A stretch of 64,000 nt of DNA from an uncultured Ectothiorhodospiraceae bacterium (GTDB lineage: Bacteria > Pseudomonadota > Gammaproteobacteria > S012-40): NCBI GenBank assembly GCA_945787125.1, contig CALZHW010000003.1, positions 4,094-68,093 of the forward strand. The letters run 5' to 3'. The first letter of the stretch is position 1. The number at the start of each line of letters is the position of its first letter. This document shows positions 29,511 through 38,680 of the stretch, piece after piece. Under the pieces are notes generated by a model. The model was not told where the DNA came from, made no database searches, and was given only the letters and a program-made list of their open reading frames with translations. The position numbers and the translations under genes are program-made.

Positions 29511-29758
29511 TATCTTTTGCCTTCCCTCATTTCTTGAAAAAATTCCCGTCCATCCATAGATTCGCCTCTGTTTAGCTGTGCTTCACCAATTGCAAGCTTT
29601 GCTCGTAGGCGTTCTAGTTTAATCTGCTCATATTCGGTTTGAGACATAACAACAGCTACGGGTCGCCCATGTTTTTCAATTGTCACTGGTTCACGTTGTA
29701 CCGTATCCATGAGCTTTCCGAAATGCTCTTTTGCTTCTTTTGCTGCAATGGCTATCAT
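29510..29758 (-). CDS. Phd/YefM-type antitoxin
   Basis: 82 aa. N-terminal region MIAIAAKEAKEHFGKLMDTVQREPVTIEKHGRPVAVVMS is typical of Phd/YefM. It is the first gene of the two-gene operon. Confidence 0.6.
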   Translation of the reverse strand: MIAIAAKEAKEHFGKLMDTVQREPVTIEKHGRPVAVVMSQTEYEQIKLERLRAKLAIGEAQLNRGESMDGREFFQEMREGKR

Positions 29759-29786
29759 GATAGACCTCCTAATTTAAAGTAGCTAC

Positions 29787-29822
29787 TAATGAACATAATG
29801 AACATAATGAACATAATGAACA
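29787..29822. repeat. Four perfect 9-bp direct repeats (TAATGAACA) just upstream of the phd/parE operon; candidate operator
   Basis: taatgaaca x4 at 29787..29822. The antitoxin start (minus strand) is at 29758. Confidence 0.6.
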
Positions 29823-30310
29823 TTATAGACACTTCATTCAAGTGAAAAATTCAGATATTACTGCATTAGCAAGGCGGTTTAATATACCTCTGGTTACTGC
29901 AGATGATCGCATTCGAAAGTATAAATATGTTAAAACAATATGGTAGGAACATTCCGTTGTTGACCTTGAATGCGCACATAAATCTACCTACGACTAATGC
30001 AATTTAACATAATATACATTATGCGCAATAAGATTCACATTATTTAGATAAATTTCAAGAACAAGAAATTGAATATCCACGTAAAAATTGATCGAATAAT
30101 TCTTTTTATTTCAATGCATTATAGTCGAGGTGACTAAATCCAACACTTTTACCGGCCGGACCTCTAGTATGTCCTCCTCCCTGTTTGGGAGTTTTGGTCT
30201 ATTCCCCACCACACAGGCTGACTATTTTATGCCGAGTAGGATAATATTTCTATCACAAAAGGACAAACGTCCGATATAATAAAGTCAAACGACTATTACC
30301 GGAGAATACC

Positions 30311-30751
30311 ATGTTATCGGAAAAAGACATCACCGATGCTCTGGGTGGGCCGAAGTTACTTGGCAAACAGGCCAACACCGTCCTCGATCTGGCTGACCTG
30401 ATCCAGCAAGGACTGCCCACGCAATCGGTATTTCACCTCCAAAAGGAAATGGCGTTACGGGATGACGACTATGCACCCACGTTAGGCGTGAGCATCAAAT
30501 GGCTCGGTCGCTACCGTAATACCCCTCGTCAGCATATGGATGCGAATGTGAGCGACCGCCTTTACCGTATCGCCCGTATCTTCGCCCTGGCGGAAGAGGT
30601 CTTGGAAGACAAGGAAGCCGCCAATCGCTGGCTGCATCGTCCGCAATCAGGGCTTGGCGAACGCACCCCGCTGGAACTAATGAAAAATGAGGTGGGCGCA
30701 CGGGAAGTCGAGGAGCTGCTGTATCGCATCGAGTACGGTATTTATTCATGA
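30311..30751 (+). CDS. Xre/MbcA/ParS-type antitoxin (DUF2384) partner of a RES toxin
   Basis: 146 aa. C-terminal LGERTPLELMKNEVGAREVEELLYRIEYGIY matches the DUF2384 toxin-binding domain. The stop overlaps the next gene's start. Confidence 0.7.
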   Translation: MLSEKDITDALGGPKLLGKQANTVLDLADLIQQGLPTQSVFHLQKEMALRDDDYAPTLGVSIKWLGRYRNTPRQHMDANVSDRLYRIARIFALAEEVLEDKEAANRWLHRPQSGLGERTPLELMKNEVGAREVEELLYRIEYGIYS

Positions 30752-31212
30752 TCAGAGCCGTTCGGATCGCCAAAGCCAAACACAAAAAGCAAGCATTTAC
30801 CGGCCAGGGGAGCCAATTTGCCAGTGGTCGTTGGCATCATCAAATGATCACCCTTGTCTATTGCTCAGGCACCGCCGCCTTAGCGGCATTAGAAGTATTT
30901 GTGCATCTTCAGGATGAAGCGAAACAAATCAAGTTTGTTCTATTTGAGATAAAACTGCCAAAAAACCTCCTGCTTGAGGTTGAAAACATTGCCACGCTAC
31001 CCAAGCGATGGCGAAGTCAACCGCCAGGGGCAGCAACCAAAATGATGGGTAGCAAGTGGGTAACATCCCAGGCTTCAGCAGTACTCAGTGTGCCGTCGAC
31101 AATTATACCCAGCGAGAGAAACTTCCTGCTCAATCCCCTGCATCCAGATTTTAATAACATCACGATCAGCGACCCCGAGCCGTTCAGTTTTGATTCTCGA
31201 TTGTGGAAATAG
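30748..31212 (+). CDS. RES-domain toxin (MbcT-like NAD+ phosphorylase family)
   Basis: 154 aa. R (ASGRWHH), E (IPSERN) and S (SVPSTI) positions are consistent with the RES triad. Pairing with DUF2384 is typical. Confidence 0.7.
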   Translation: MIRAVRIAKAKHKKQAFTGQGSQFASGRWHHQMITLVYCSGTAALAALEVFVHLQDEAKQIKFVLFEIKLPKNLLLEVENIATLPKRWRSQPPGAATKMMGSKWVTSQASAVLSVPSTIIPSERNFLLNPLHPDFNNITISDPEPFSFDSRLWK

Positions 31213-31336
31213 CGCGTTTTCCGTTGTTTGTTGGGCGAGGTAATACAAAATTAACTACCCACAGGTATTTAAGTCGTCAGGATTAAACTGATTAAGATGG
31301 GAATGACCACATGCTTTTGCCCTAACCTGCATTTAA

Positions 31337-31400
31337 CCTAGAATAATCAGTTGGCGCGAATTTTTAGTGCAAAATATTGAAGTGCATAGTGAATTCAAGA
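31337..31400. repeat. Partial copy (left ~64 bp) of the MITE-like element found complete at 51293..51454
   Basis: cctagaataatcagttggcgcgaatttttagtgcaaRatattgaagtgcatagYgaattcaaga is shared with 51293..51356. Homology stops abruptly at 31400. Confidence 0.7.
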
Positions 31401-31927
31401 GCTGCCAACACCTTCTCGCTCTCTTCCACCCGGCGGCAAAAAGGAATCATCAACTTCACATTCGTCAGCCCCATCTCGTCACGCACCCGTTTCATCGCCA
31501 CACACTCCAACGCAAACCCTTCGGCGTAAGCAAGATAGGTGTAACGGGAGGCACCGCGAAAACCGACCATCGGATTGTCTTCTTCCGGCTCGAAAAAAGT
31601 ACCGCCCAGCAAGGCGGCGTATTTGATTAGGCTTGAGTATTGTTGCTTGCTTCTGTTGTCATGGATTCCGATTGCGGCAAAGAGAGTGGCCGCGCTCATA
31701 AAGCTGTACCCAAGGATATCTACCGCGCACAGGAATGAATTGAACGGCACAAACAGAAACATCTCGATACCTTCACTCTGGCCGCGCGCAAGCCGAGGTA
31801 ACACAAGTGTGAGCTGAACAAAATAAACGATGCTGATCCAGACCGTGTAAACCGTGGCGAATGCGGCGTGGCTCCAGATTTTTCTCTCCGGCACCGAAAG
31901 TTGGAGGATATTGGCAGGTCTGGGCAA
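31364..31927 (-). pseudogene. Chimeric ORF: an internal fragment of phosphoenolpyruvate synthase (ppsA) fused to MITE-derived codons and an unrelated N-terminal segment
   Basis: Residues about 112-175 (NPMVGFRGASRYTYLAYAEGFALECVAMKRVRDEMGLTNVKLMIPFCRRVEESEKV) match the PpsA PEP-utilising region. The last 12 codons lie in the MITE copy and the N-terminal 110 aa are unrelated. Confidence 0.5.
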
Positions 31928-31954
31928 GATCCTCCGCCTGTTGCGCTCAACGAA

Positions 31955-32188
31955 TCACTTTTTGGTACTCACACCAAAGATCCGATACAACGGACACCAG
32001 CCGATGAGACCCGTAACCAACGGCACCACGCCGATCCACCCCCACGGACTCTGCGGACCGATAAACACCATTGCGATCAACACCAGTCCCAGCACTATAC
32101 GTATACCGCGATCAAGATTGCCGACCGCCCCTATTGATTGAATATTCATCACTAACCTCCTAGTTTGGTTGAGAATCTCCTGACCCAC
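31955..32188 (-). CDS. DUF2892 (YgaP-like) small membrane protein
   Basis: 77 aa, two TM segments, GWCPLY motif. Confidence 0.45.
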   Translation of the reverse strand: MGQEILNQTRRLVMNIQSIGAVGNLDRGIRIVLGLVLIAMVFIGPQSPWGWIGVVPLVTGLIGWCPLYRIFGVSTKK

Positions 32189-32669
32189 CGTGTCACTAGA
32201 AGATTCATAAGGTCTAGGCTAACACCTGGCCGGCGGGATATCTGTAACCTAGGTAGCAGTTAATGTGCAGTGCGTGTAGATGATGTCATGTGACAGGGGC
32301 CTGCTTCAGCCACCTGGGTTGCGCAATGCGAAATGCACTAGGATTCTGTCTGAGAATGGAAAGCTTACTCTTCGGGTCTGGCCAATGCAGAGGCGCTAGT
32401 GCTCTTATCGTTCCAGGCATTTAGACGGTGGTAATAGGCGAAGCAGGCCAGATGTACCAGCAGCTTGTTGAGGTGCGAACGCCATGCTAGCCCTCCCCTC
32501 GTCAAGAAACTACCAAGAAAACGTAAAGATTTTGTAAAGCAATACTCAGAAGACAACAAAACACACGATTTGTTTGGTATTATAAACACTCGCACTCATA
32601 ATCCTAGAAAACTCACTGCTCCAAGTGCAGGAGGTACGAGCCCATGAATAAATAATCTCTGGGGTCAGC

Positions 32670-33392
32670 TTAAAAACAATATCCAACTGTCACTGATGAT
32701 TGCATATCGTTTCTGTGTTTTCCTGCCGGGGCTTCTGATAAATGGCGTAAGGTAACTTGAATATTGGTGGAAACATTACCCGCTATTTTTGTGCGTAGCG
32801 AGATGGTTGACGTGGCTAAGGTGAGGTCCTTGCCAACTTCAGCCGTAAGATCCTGGCTATAATTTGTGTGGTCGCTGATGTTCCATTGAAATAGGCCACC
32901 TAAACGTAAGATTGCCTCATTATCTGATTTACCTGTGTCTGTAAGTTTGCTTTGGCGCGCACCTGGGCCGCCCTCGAGATCAAGCAATAAAGATTTGCTA
33001 TTGAAAATACGTCGGCCATAACCAATGGCTTCTGTCGCACGGTAATCATAACCGCTGAACCGATCATCCTCATAATTGATAGTGCCGAATACATAATTGG
33101 ATTCATCAAATTTGTAGTCTGTTTTTATCGCTACGTCGTAACGTTCACCGGATCGCACATCGTTTTGCGTGCTTTTAATGCCACGTATCAATGCGTAGTG
33201 ACGCCACTTTTCTCGCTCATTTTTAAGTTGTAGACCAAGGTTTATTTGGAGGCTTTCAGAGTTACCAATGCTAGAATTTATACCTACGGTAGGTAGAATT
33301 TCCCATTCGCTGCCCGCAATTTCTACCCCTTGAGCTACGCTGATTGTGTTGCTTAAAACAACAGCAATTAAAATATTTTTATCTATGATCAT
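32670..33392 (-). CDS. DUF481 (YdiY-like) outer-membrane beta-barrel protein
   Basis: Signal peptide, alternating amphipathic beta-strands, and a C-terminal aromatic residue (..VGYCF). Confidence 0.55.
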   Translation of the reverse strand: MIIDKNILIAVVLSNTISVAQGVEIAGSEWEILPTVGINSSIGNSESLQINLGLQLKNEREKWRHYALIRGIKSTQNDVRSGERYDVAIKTDYKFDESNYVFGTINYEDDRFSGYDYRATEAIGYGRRIFNSKSLLLDLEGGPGARQSKLTDTGKSDNEAILRLGGLFQWNISDHTNYSQDLTAEVGKDLTLATSTISLRTKIAGNVSTNIQVTLRHLSEAPAGKHRNDMQSSVTVGYCF

Positions 33393-33622
33393 TTTTATGG
33401 TTACTTTGTAGATTGCTGTTTAAAAAAAACGCCTTCCTGGTGACGCACCCCCTATTTCAGCGTAAGTTTCCCATGATTCATTCAAAGTAACAAGTTGTCA
33501 ATCAATTTGAAAAGTCAACGGTAATTTATCACACATAATGCACCAAATAATTCACAGTTAGTTTTCAATTAACTTAGTAAATTAACCTTGTTGTTTACCA
33601 TTAATCCAACAAGGAGAAAACT

Positions 33623-34087
33623 ATGTTTGATGAATATTTCACTAAACCAATTATAGCCGTTAATGGCTTGATACTCACAATATTGATTGGGACAAGCGCG
33701 TCCACTATTGCAGATGATTTTTCCCATAACGTTGTTTACCAATCAGCGAAGGATGCAATGTACGAAGACATTTCAATTCTTGCAAAGCAAGCAGAGCTTG
33801 ATGTTGACGCGGTTGAAAAATCGATTGTATTTCAAAATACGTTCGCGAAATTCGCCGAGCAAGTAAATAAAGATTTCCCTGATAGTATTTCAGGTTTGTG
33901 GGTAGATCCTACACCGCAATCAAACGCAGTAATTCGCTTTAAAGGTGACGTTCCACATGAAGTGAAGCGATCGCTTGAATATAACCAGCTTCCTGGAAAT
34001 GTTGTATTAAAAGGTGGGGATATACTCTCACTGGCTGATCAATTGTCACGTGTTAACATATTGCGGCTGAAGCGTTATTATCATTAG
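33623..34087 (+). CDS. Putative signal peptide plus pro-region of an alpha-lytic-protease-like S1 protease (upstream half of a split gene)
   Basis: 154 aa with an N-terminal hydrophobic segment. It ends 129 bp before the protease-domain ORF, and its last 30 nt overlap the open upstream part of that ORF's frame. Confidence 0.4.
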   Translation: MFDEYFTKPIIAVNGLILTILIGTSASTIADDFSHNVVYQSAKDAMYEDISILAKQAELDVDAVEKSIVFQNTFAKFAEQVNKDFPDSISGLWVDPTPQSNAVIRFKGDVPHEVKRSLEYNQLPGNVVLKGGDILSLADQLSRVNILRLKRYYH

Positions 34088-34215
34088 GTTATAAGAATGC
34101 TATTACATCATTCAATCAGAAATCACAAATCTTTGAAACCACTATCCAGCTTTCACGCACTGATAAAAAACCTTCTGTAGATCTTCGGCTCTTTTTAACG
34201 AGTGGTGAAAAACCC

Positions 34216-34806
34216 ATGATTAATTTTGAGCATAGTCGAGGTGGAAATTGGGTGTTGGATGATGGTTTTCGTGAATGCACAAGTGGTTGGCCTGTATTCG
34301 GTCCTTCTGGGGACGGTATTTTAACCGCAGCGCATTGTGCAGGCTTGAATCAATTTGAAGAACCCGGTAATACGCCCTACTCTATGATATGGAGAGCTCA
34401 GCACTTGGGCAGTCAAGGTGATGTTGAATATCATACAACCAGTCACTTGGAACCCGCAGAATTTTATGCAAATAGCAGCGATATACGTAATGTCACTGGC
34501 TGGCGTTGGACCTGGGCGATGCAAGGCGCTGCAGTTTGTCGTTACGGACGTTCATCAAATATACGCACCTGTAATCATACTGTTCTTTCAATCGGTGTAT
34601 CTGTCAATCAAAATGGCACTATTGTTGGTAACATGGTCACTGCGAACAATCATTCAGGAATCGGTAGTGATAGCGGCGGTGGCTGGTCATTTGGCTCAAC
34701 CGCCTGGGGCATACACAGTGGTTCAATTTTCTCAGGTTCTACATCGGTGTTTACACCTATATTTGAAGGAATGATAGCCGTGGGTACGTCTCTAAAAACA
34801 CAATAG
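34216..34806 (+). CDS. Trypsin-fold serine protease domain (S1E, alpha-lytic/SGPB-like). No signal peptide of its own.
   Basis: Catalytic His in LTAAHC and catalytic Ser in GSDSGGGW. The N-terminus resembles a mature S1E N-terminus (..RGGNWVLDDGFRECTSGWPV). The reading frame is open back to 34057. Confidence 0.75.
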   Translation: MINFEHSRGGNWVLDDGFRECTSGWPVFGPSGDGILTAAHCAGLNQFEEPGNTPYSMIWRAQHLGSQGDVEYHTTSHLEPAEFYANSSDIRNVTGWRWTWAMQGAAVCRYGRSSNIRTCNHTVLSIGVSVNQNGTIVGNMVTANNHSGIGSDSGGGWSFGSTAWGIHSGSIFSGSTSVFTPIFEGMIAVGTSLKTQ

Positions 34807-34832
34807 CAATAGATAGTGGATAGATTCTTCTA

Positions 34833-34866
34833 CAATAAGGGCAGTAAAATTGCCCTTATTGTTTTA
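34833..34866 (+). terminator. Rho-independent terminator after the protease gene
   Basis: caataagggc-agtaaaatt-gcccttattg followed by ttttac. Confidence 0.6.
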
Positions 34867-34930
34867 CGAATTGACAATCGCGAGCACCTCGGGTAAAGTT
34901 CGCGGCCTGCAAATGCAGGATTCAGCCCGT

Positions 34931-35017
34931 GCCGAGGTGGCGGAATTGGTAGACGCGCTAGCTTCAGGTGCTAGTGGGGGTAACCCCGTGGAGGTTCGAG
35001 TCCTCTTCTCGGCACCA
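34931..35017 (+). tRNA. tRNA-Leu (anticodon CAG), class II with a long variable arm, CCA encoded
   Basis: gccgaggtggcggaattggtagacgcgctagcttCAGgtgctagtgggggtaaccccgtggaggttcgagtcctcttctcggcacca shows an acceptor stem (gccgagg/tctcggc), a D-arm, an anticodon loop ctCAGgt, a long variable arm, and a T-arm (ggttcgagtcc). Confidence 0.9.
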
Positions 35018-35329
35018 TTATAATACCGCCAGCTCATACACTTGTTATGACTATTGCGGTGACCTGTCTTCTTCAAGCAGATGACCATCTGCGTAGTAAA
35101 AAACCTACGTAAAAACCTACGTATCATGTTTGATGAAACCCAGATTGATCATTTGCATTGTGAGTATTTGAACACGACAAACACTTGAATTCCGCGAATA
35201 AGAAACTACCTCTGTCTGTTCCAACGAAAAAGTGCTATCTTTTAGGTGAAATAGGTCACTCACTTGATTGTCCAATAATATAAATGTCCGAGTAAAGCAC
35301 CAATCCAAACAATTAGGAGGCTGAATAAA

Positions 35330-35551
35330 GTGCCAGAAATTAAACGCCCTGTGCAAACCATTGAAGTGAATTATGTTTGCGATAAATGCGGATATGGAAT
35401 GATGAAAAAAACCCGTGAAATGGATCCAGATACCGGAGACATTCAGCACGAATGCGCAATTTGCAGCCATCCACAAGTTTTCAAATGGAGATCCTATCCT
35501 AGGATTGATTACGTTGGCGCTGATGAATCTATTGACGTTACCGAGGACTGA
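35330..35551 (+). CDS. Small zinc-ribbon protein (CxxC...CxxC), hypothetical
   Basis: 73 aa with the motifs CDKCG and CAICS. The RBS is ggaggctgaataaagtg. Confidence 0.4.
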   Translation: MPEIKRPVQTIEVNYVCDKCGYGMMKKTREMDPDTGDIQHECAICSHPQVFKWRSYPRIDYVGADESIDVTED

Positions 35552-36452
35552 TGAAACAGGAGCGATTAAGTAGCAATATTAAGAAAATACCCAACCCTAA
35601 ATAATGGGCCGTAATGACTAGCCTCCCCCAGCCTGTTGCTGAGTCAAACCCTGCTCATTGATGGCTTTGCTGAAGACTTGCGTCAGCTGAGAACGCAATT
35701 TCAAATATTTTATTTGTACGGCGTTATCTTCAAGCGCATTGTTGATGCTATCAACTACCTTTGATTTTATCGTTTACTCTGCTGTAAATACATAAGGGCT
35801 TGCCCTATTTTATCAAAACTCTCTTGGATGCTTTTTAACTTTCCAACATGTTTTCAATTTCTTATAATATCGTATTTTTAAATATTTTAGTGAGTAGAGC
35901 AATTCCTTGTTTGCTTTCACCGGCTCTTGTGCTGAATAAAATTCCTCTTCCATAAGTTTATCCAAATCTAGTGTTTGTCTATAATCCATAGTTGGTTAGC
36001 AAGCAATTAAACAGTGTACTTCTTGAGTTTTGTTTTATAAAAAAACGATAGTAAGCTATTTAAAAATTTTGTGTCGAAAACTTTTACACTTATTTGATAG
36101 GTAGTAATACGTAGAAAAAGATAATTATCAAGCTGAGTGTTTTTATCAACAAATAATTAGCATTTTTTATTTGTGGCATTAATTAGTGGCTTATAGATGA
36201 ATGTTAATTACATTTATTAAGTTCTCTCAAGTAAATCTTATTCCCAAAATCCCTTTACCACATGTCGAAATTACTTACAAATTAATTTTTAGTAATGTTT
36301 GTCTAAAAAAAATACATCTATTTCAATGACTTAAAAAGTGGCATCCGATATGCAATTTTTTATGCGTGCATGAAAAATGCAGCTTGTAGAGTTGACAAGG
36401 ATTGTTTTTTATTTGGAATAATTAATTGCAATAAAAAATAAGGAGAAATGTT

Positions 36453-37034
36453 ATGAAAAAGTCCACAATTGCAGCTGCCGTTGGTGCTTCATTGGCATTG
36501 TTAGCCAGTAGTGCAATAGCTGATACGTCAAACGACGCTTCTGCGAAAGTCTTCGTCCAAGTAAGTCCTAATGTGTCAGTTATATTTACAGATGCACATG
36601 TTGACTTAGGAACAGTGCAAACGGGTAAGTTTGGCGGTACGGCAACTTTCCGTGTTGACGCTAACGAAGAAGCTGTCATTCTTGGTGTTACTGCGACTAA
36701 TCTCTATAAAGGTGATGTCTGTGAGGCTGAGCCTGAAGTCGCACCTTTACCTGTCAATGGAGACGGCGCATTAGTACAGCCAGAACGCGCAAACCCATTT
36801 AACAGTTTCAGCCCATTGCTTCCTTGGGTGGCTGAAGCTAACTATTTGGACTGCGCGGGCATGCGCTCGACTGACGTTCCATATGAAAGCGCTCAAAATG
36901 GACACTTCAGTCAAGACGTAGACGTTAATGTGAGCTGGGATCAACCAGATCCTGAGCAACCTCAAGGTGAGTATAGTGGTTTCATCATTTTACACACCAT
37001 GTTGCTAGGTCAACCAGCTCTCGCATCTAACTAG
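36453..37034 (+). CDS. Secreted pilin-like subunit, likely SCPU/Csu-type (archaic chaperone-usher pilus major subunit)
   Basis: Signal peptide. The C-terminal motif GEYSGFIILHTML resembles the G.Y.d.l.v.v C-terminus of Csu/SCPU pilins. Paralog of ORF 37147. Strong RBS aaggag. Confidence 0.4.
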   Translation: MKKSTIAAAVGASLALLASSAIADTSNDASAKVFVQVSPNVSVIFTDAHVDLGTVQTGKFGGTATFRVDANEEAVILGVTATNLYKGDVCEAEPEVAPLPVNGDGALVQPERANPFNSFSPLLPWVAEANYLDCAGMRSTDVPYESAQNGHFSQDVDVNVSWDQPDPEQPQGEYSGFIILHTMLLGQPALASN

Positions 37035-37081
37035 CCTCAGTAAAGTTTAATTAATAAAAACTGAACTTTACTGTCATGATG

Positions 37082-37108
37082 GGGCGGCCGCAATAGTCGC
37101 CCCTTTTC
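37082..37108 (+). terminator. Intra-operon rho-independent hairpin after the first pilin gene (attenuator)
   Basis: ggggcg-gccgcaatagt-cgcccc followed by tttt, preceded by a second hairpin cagtaaagtt..aactttactg (37039..37074). Confidence 0.5.
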
Positions 37109-37146
37109 AGCTTCACGTCTAATAAAAATAAGGAGAACACTAGATC

Positions 37147-37722
37147 ATGAATAGTTCTCACAGACATTTCAGAGGAATAACATTTTTTCTAACCATAATT
37201 ATGCACATGCCATTAATAGCGATTGCTCAAAGTGGAGAACTATTGGTGCAAGCGCAGCTTGATTCTTTTATTGCCGTCACACCGACTGATCCCACAGTGC
37301 AAATTTCCGCATCATCTTTGGGCGACTTTAGTGGATCCTTTAGTTTTTTCATAGAGTCAAATACACCCGGAGTATCCGTCCATGCAATTATTACAAAATT
37401 GTATAAAGGAACTGATCCAAATGATACAACCGTAAAACCTATTGATGTAAATACAGCTTCTGGTGTTGAGTTTTCACCATTTTCAGCAAATGCATCTGCA
37501 GGTTCAGATTTAAATGCAACTTTTACCTCTACGACCACCATCAACAAACCCAGTGGATTGTTTGAAGCGCATCAGACTGAATTAGTTAATTTAGAAAGTT
37601 CTCAAGCAGGTGTTTTTAATCAAGATGTCGAGGTAACGGCGACATGGACAATCGATAATACTGCAAGGCCAGCAGGTGTGTATGGTGGTTATGTGCAATT
37701 ATTTGTGAGTGCTATTCCATAA
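37147..37722 (+). CDS. Secreted pilin-like subunit 2 (paralog of 36453)
   Basis: Signal peptide. C-terminal motif GVYGGYVQLFVSAIP. Same aaggag RBS context. Confidence 0.4.
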   Translation: MNSSHRHFRGITFFLTIIMHMPLIAIAQSGELLVQAQLDSFIAVTPTDPTVQISASSLGDFSGSFSFFIESNTPGVSVHAIITKLYKGTDPNDTTVKPIDVNTASGVEFSPFSANASAGSDLNATFTSTTTINKPSGLFEAHQTELVNLESSQAGVFNQDVEVTATWTIDNTARPAGVYGGYVQLFVSAIP

Positions 37723-37827
37723 TAAATGAATGGTAACACTCATTCATAATGCGCTTGTAGTATTCAATTGAAACAAAAAGAAACCAGTGTTGAATAATAA
37801 TAATGACAATATAGGAGCATCCATACC

Positions 37828-38646
37828 ATGCACTACAGCAACATATTCCGCAATTTTCTTTTATTCTTTTTCGCCTTCTTTACTTTAATCCAGCCATTTT
37901 CTGCGAGTGCAAGCTTGGGCGCCAGACCCGCTTACTTATTTGTCGATCTTGAGAAAAGAAACCCCTCTGGCACTTTCACGGTCACGAATATGAGCGATGA
38001 AACCCAGACCTATCGAGCTAATGCCATTCATTTTGCCATTAGTGAAGAAGGTTCGGTGCATCCTGTTGCGCCTGATGCTTACTCGCTGGCAAAGTGGATT
38101 AAATTTAATCCAAAGGAGTTCACGCTTGCACCAAAAACGAGCCGGGAAATCAGGTTTTCTATAATTCGAAAGAAAAATCTTAAACCACGGGAGTACTGGG
38201 GAGCAATAGAGTTTATGCCATTGAAAGGTGTTAAATACAGCGGCGAAACTGATAAAGAAGGACGTAAAATGAAGTTTGAGGTGTTAACCGCACTTCTTAT
38301 CCCAATATATGGTTCGATGAAGGGAATTAATTATCAGGGAAAGGTAAGTGATGTTACTGCCGAGCGTTTGAAAGACAAAACTGGGTTCACCGCTTTAGTG
38401 GAAAACACCGGAACAGGGGTGTTGCGCCTTAAAGGCGAATTGGAAGTGCTCAATGCTAGCTCGGGTGAAGTTTTTCTCAAAACAACCATTAATAATTTTG
38501 ATGTTATGCCTGGCCAAAAGAGGCGGATCAAAATTCTTGCGAATGAAAGTCTGCTTGGCGGTCGTTACACGGCGATGTTACTTTTACAGCAAACACGACC
38601 CGAAGAACTAATTTTTTCACTCCAGGAAGAGTTTGAACTGCCTTAA
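37828..38646 (+). CDS. Periplasmic pilus-assembly chaperone-like protein (PapD-like fold inferred)
   Basis: 272 aa with a signal peptide. Alternating hydrophobic beta-strand pattern and a size typical of two-domain pilus chaperones. Its position after the pilin genes and before a large outer-membrane protein fits the operon logic. Confidence 0.35.
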   Translation: MHYSNIFRNFLLFFFAFFTLIQPFSASASLGARPAYLFVDLEKRNPSGTFTVTNMSDETQTYRANAIHFAISEEGSVHPVAPDAYSLAKWIKFNPKEFTLAPKTSREIRFSIIRKKNLKPREYWGAIEFMPLKGVKYSGETDKEGRKMKFEVLTALLIPIYGSMKGINYQGKVSDVTAERLKDKTGFTALVENTGTGVLRLKGELEVLNASSGEVFLKTTINNFDVMPGQKRRIKILANESLLGGRYTAMLLLQQTRPEELIFSLQEEFELP

Positions 38647-38680
38647 CAAGTTAAAAATATAATACAGGTAATTTCGTTTA

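Noticed and set aside
34864-35476. Minus-strand ORFs 34864..35127 and 35117..35476 overlapping the tRNA-Leu and the zinc-ribbon gene
   Set aside because: They overlap a clear tRNA gene and a plus-strand ORF with an RBS. They have no homology features and are spurious.
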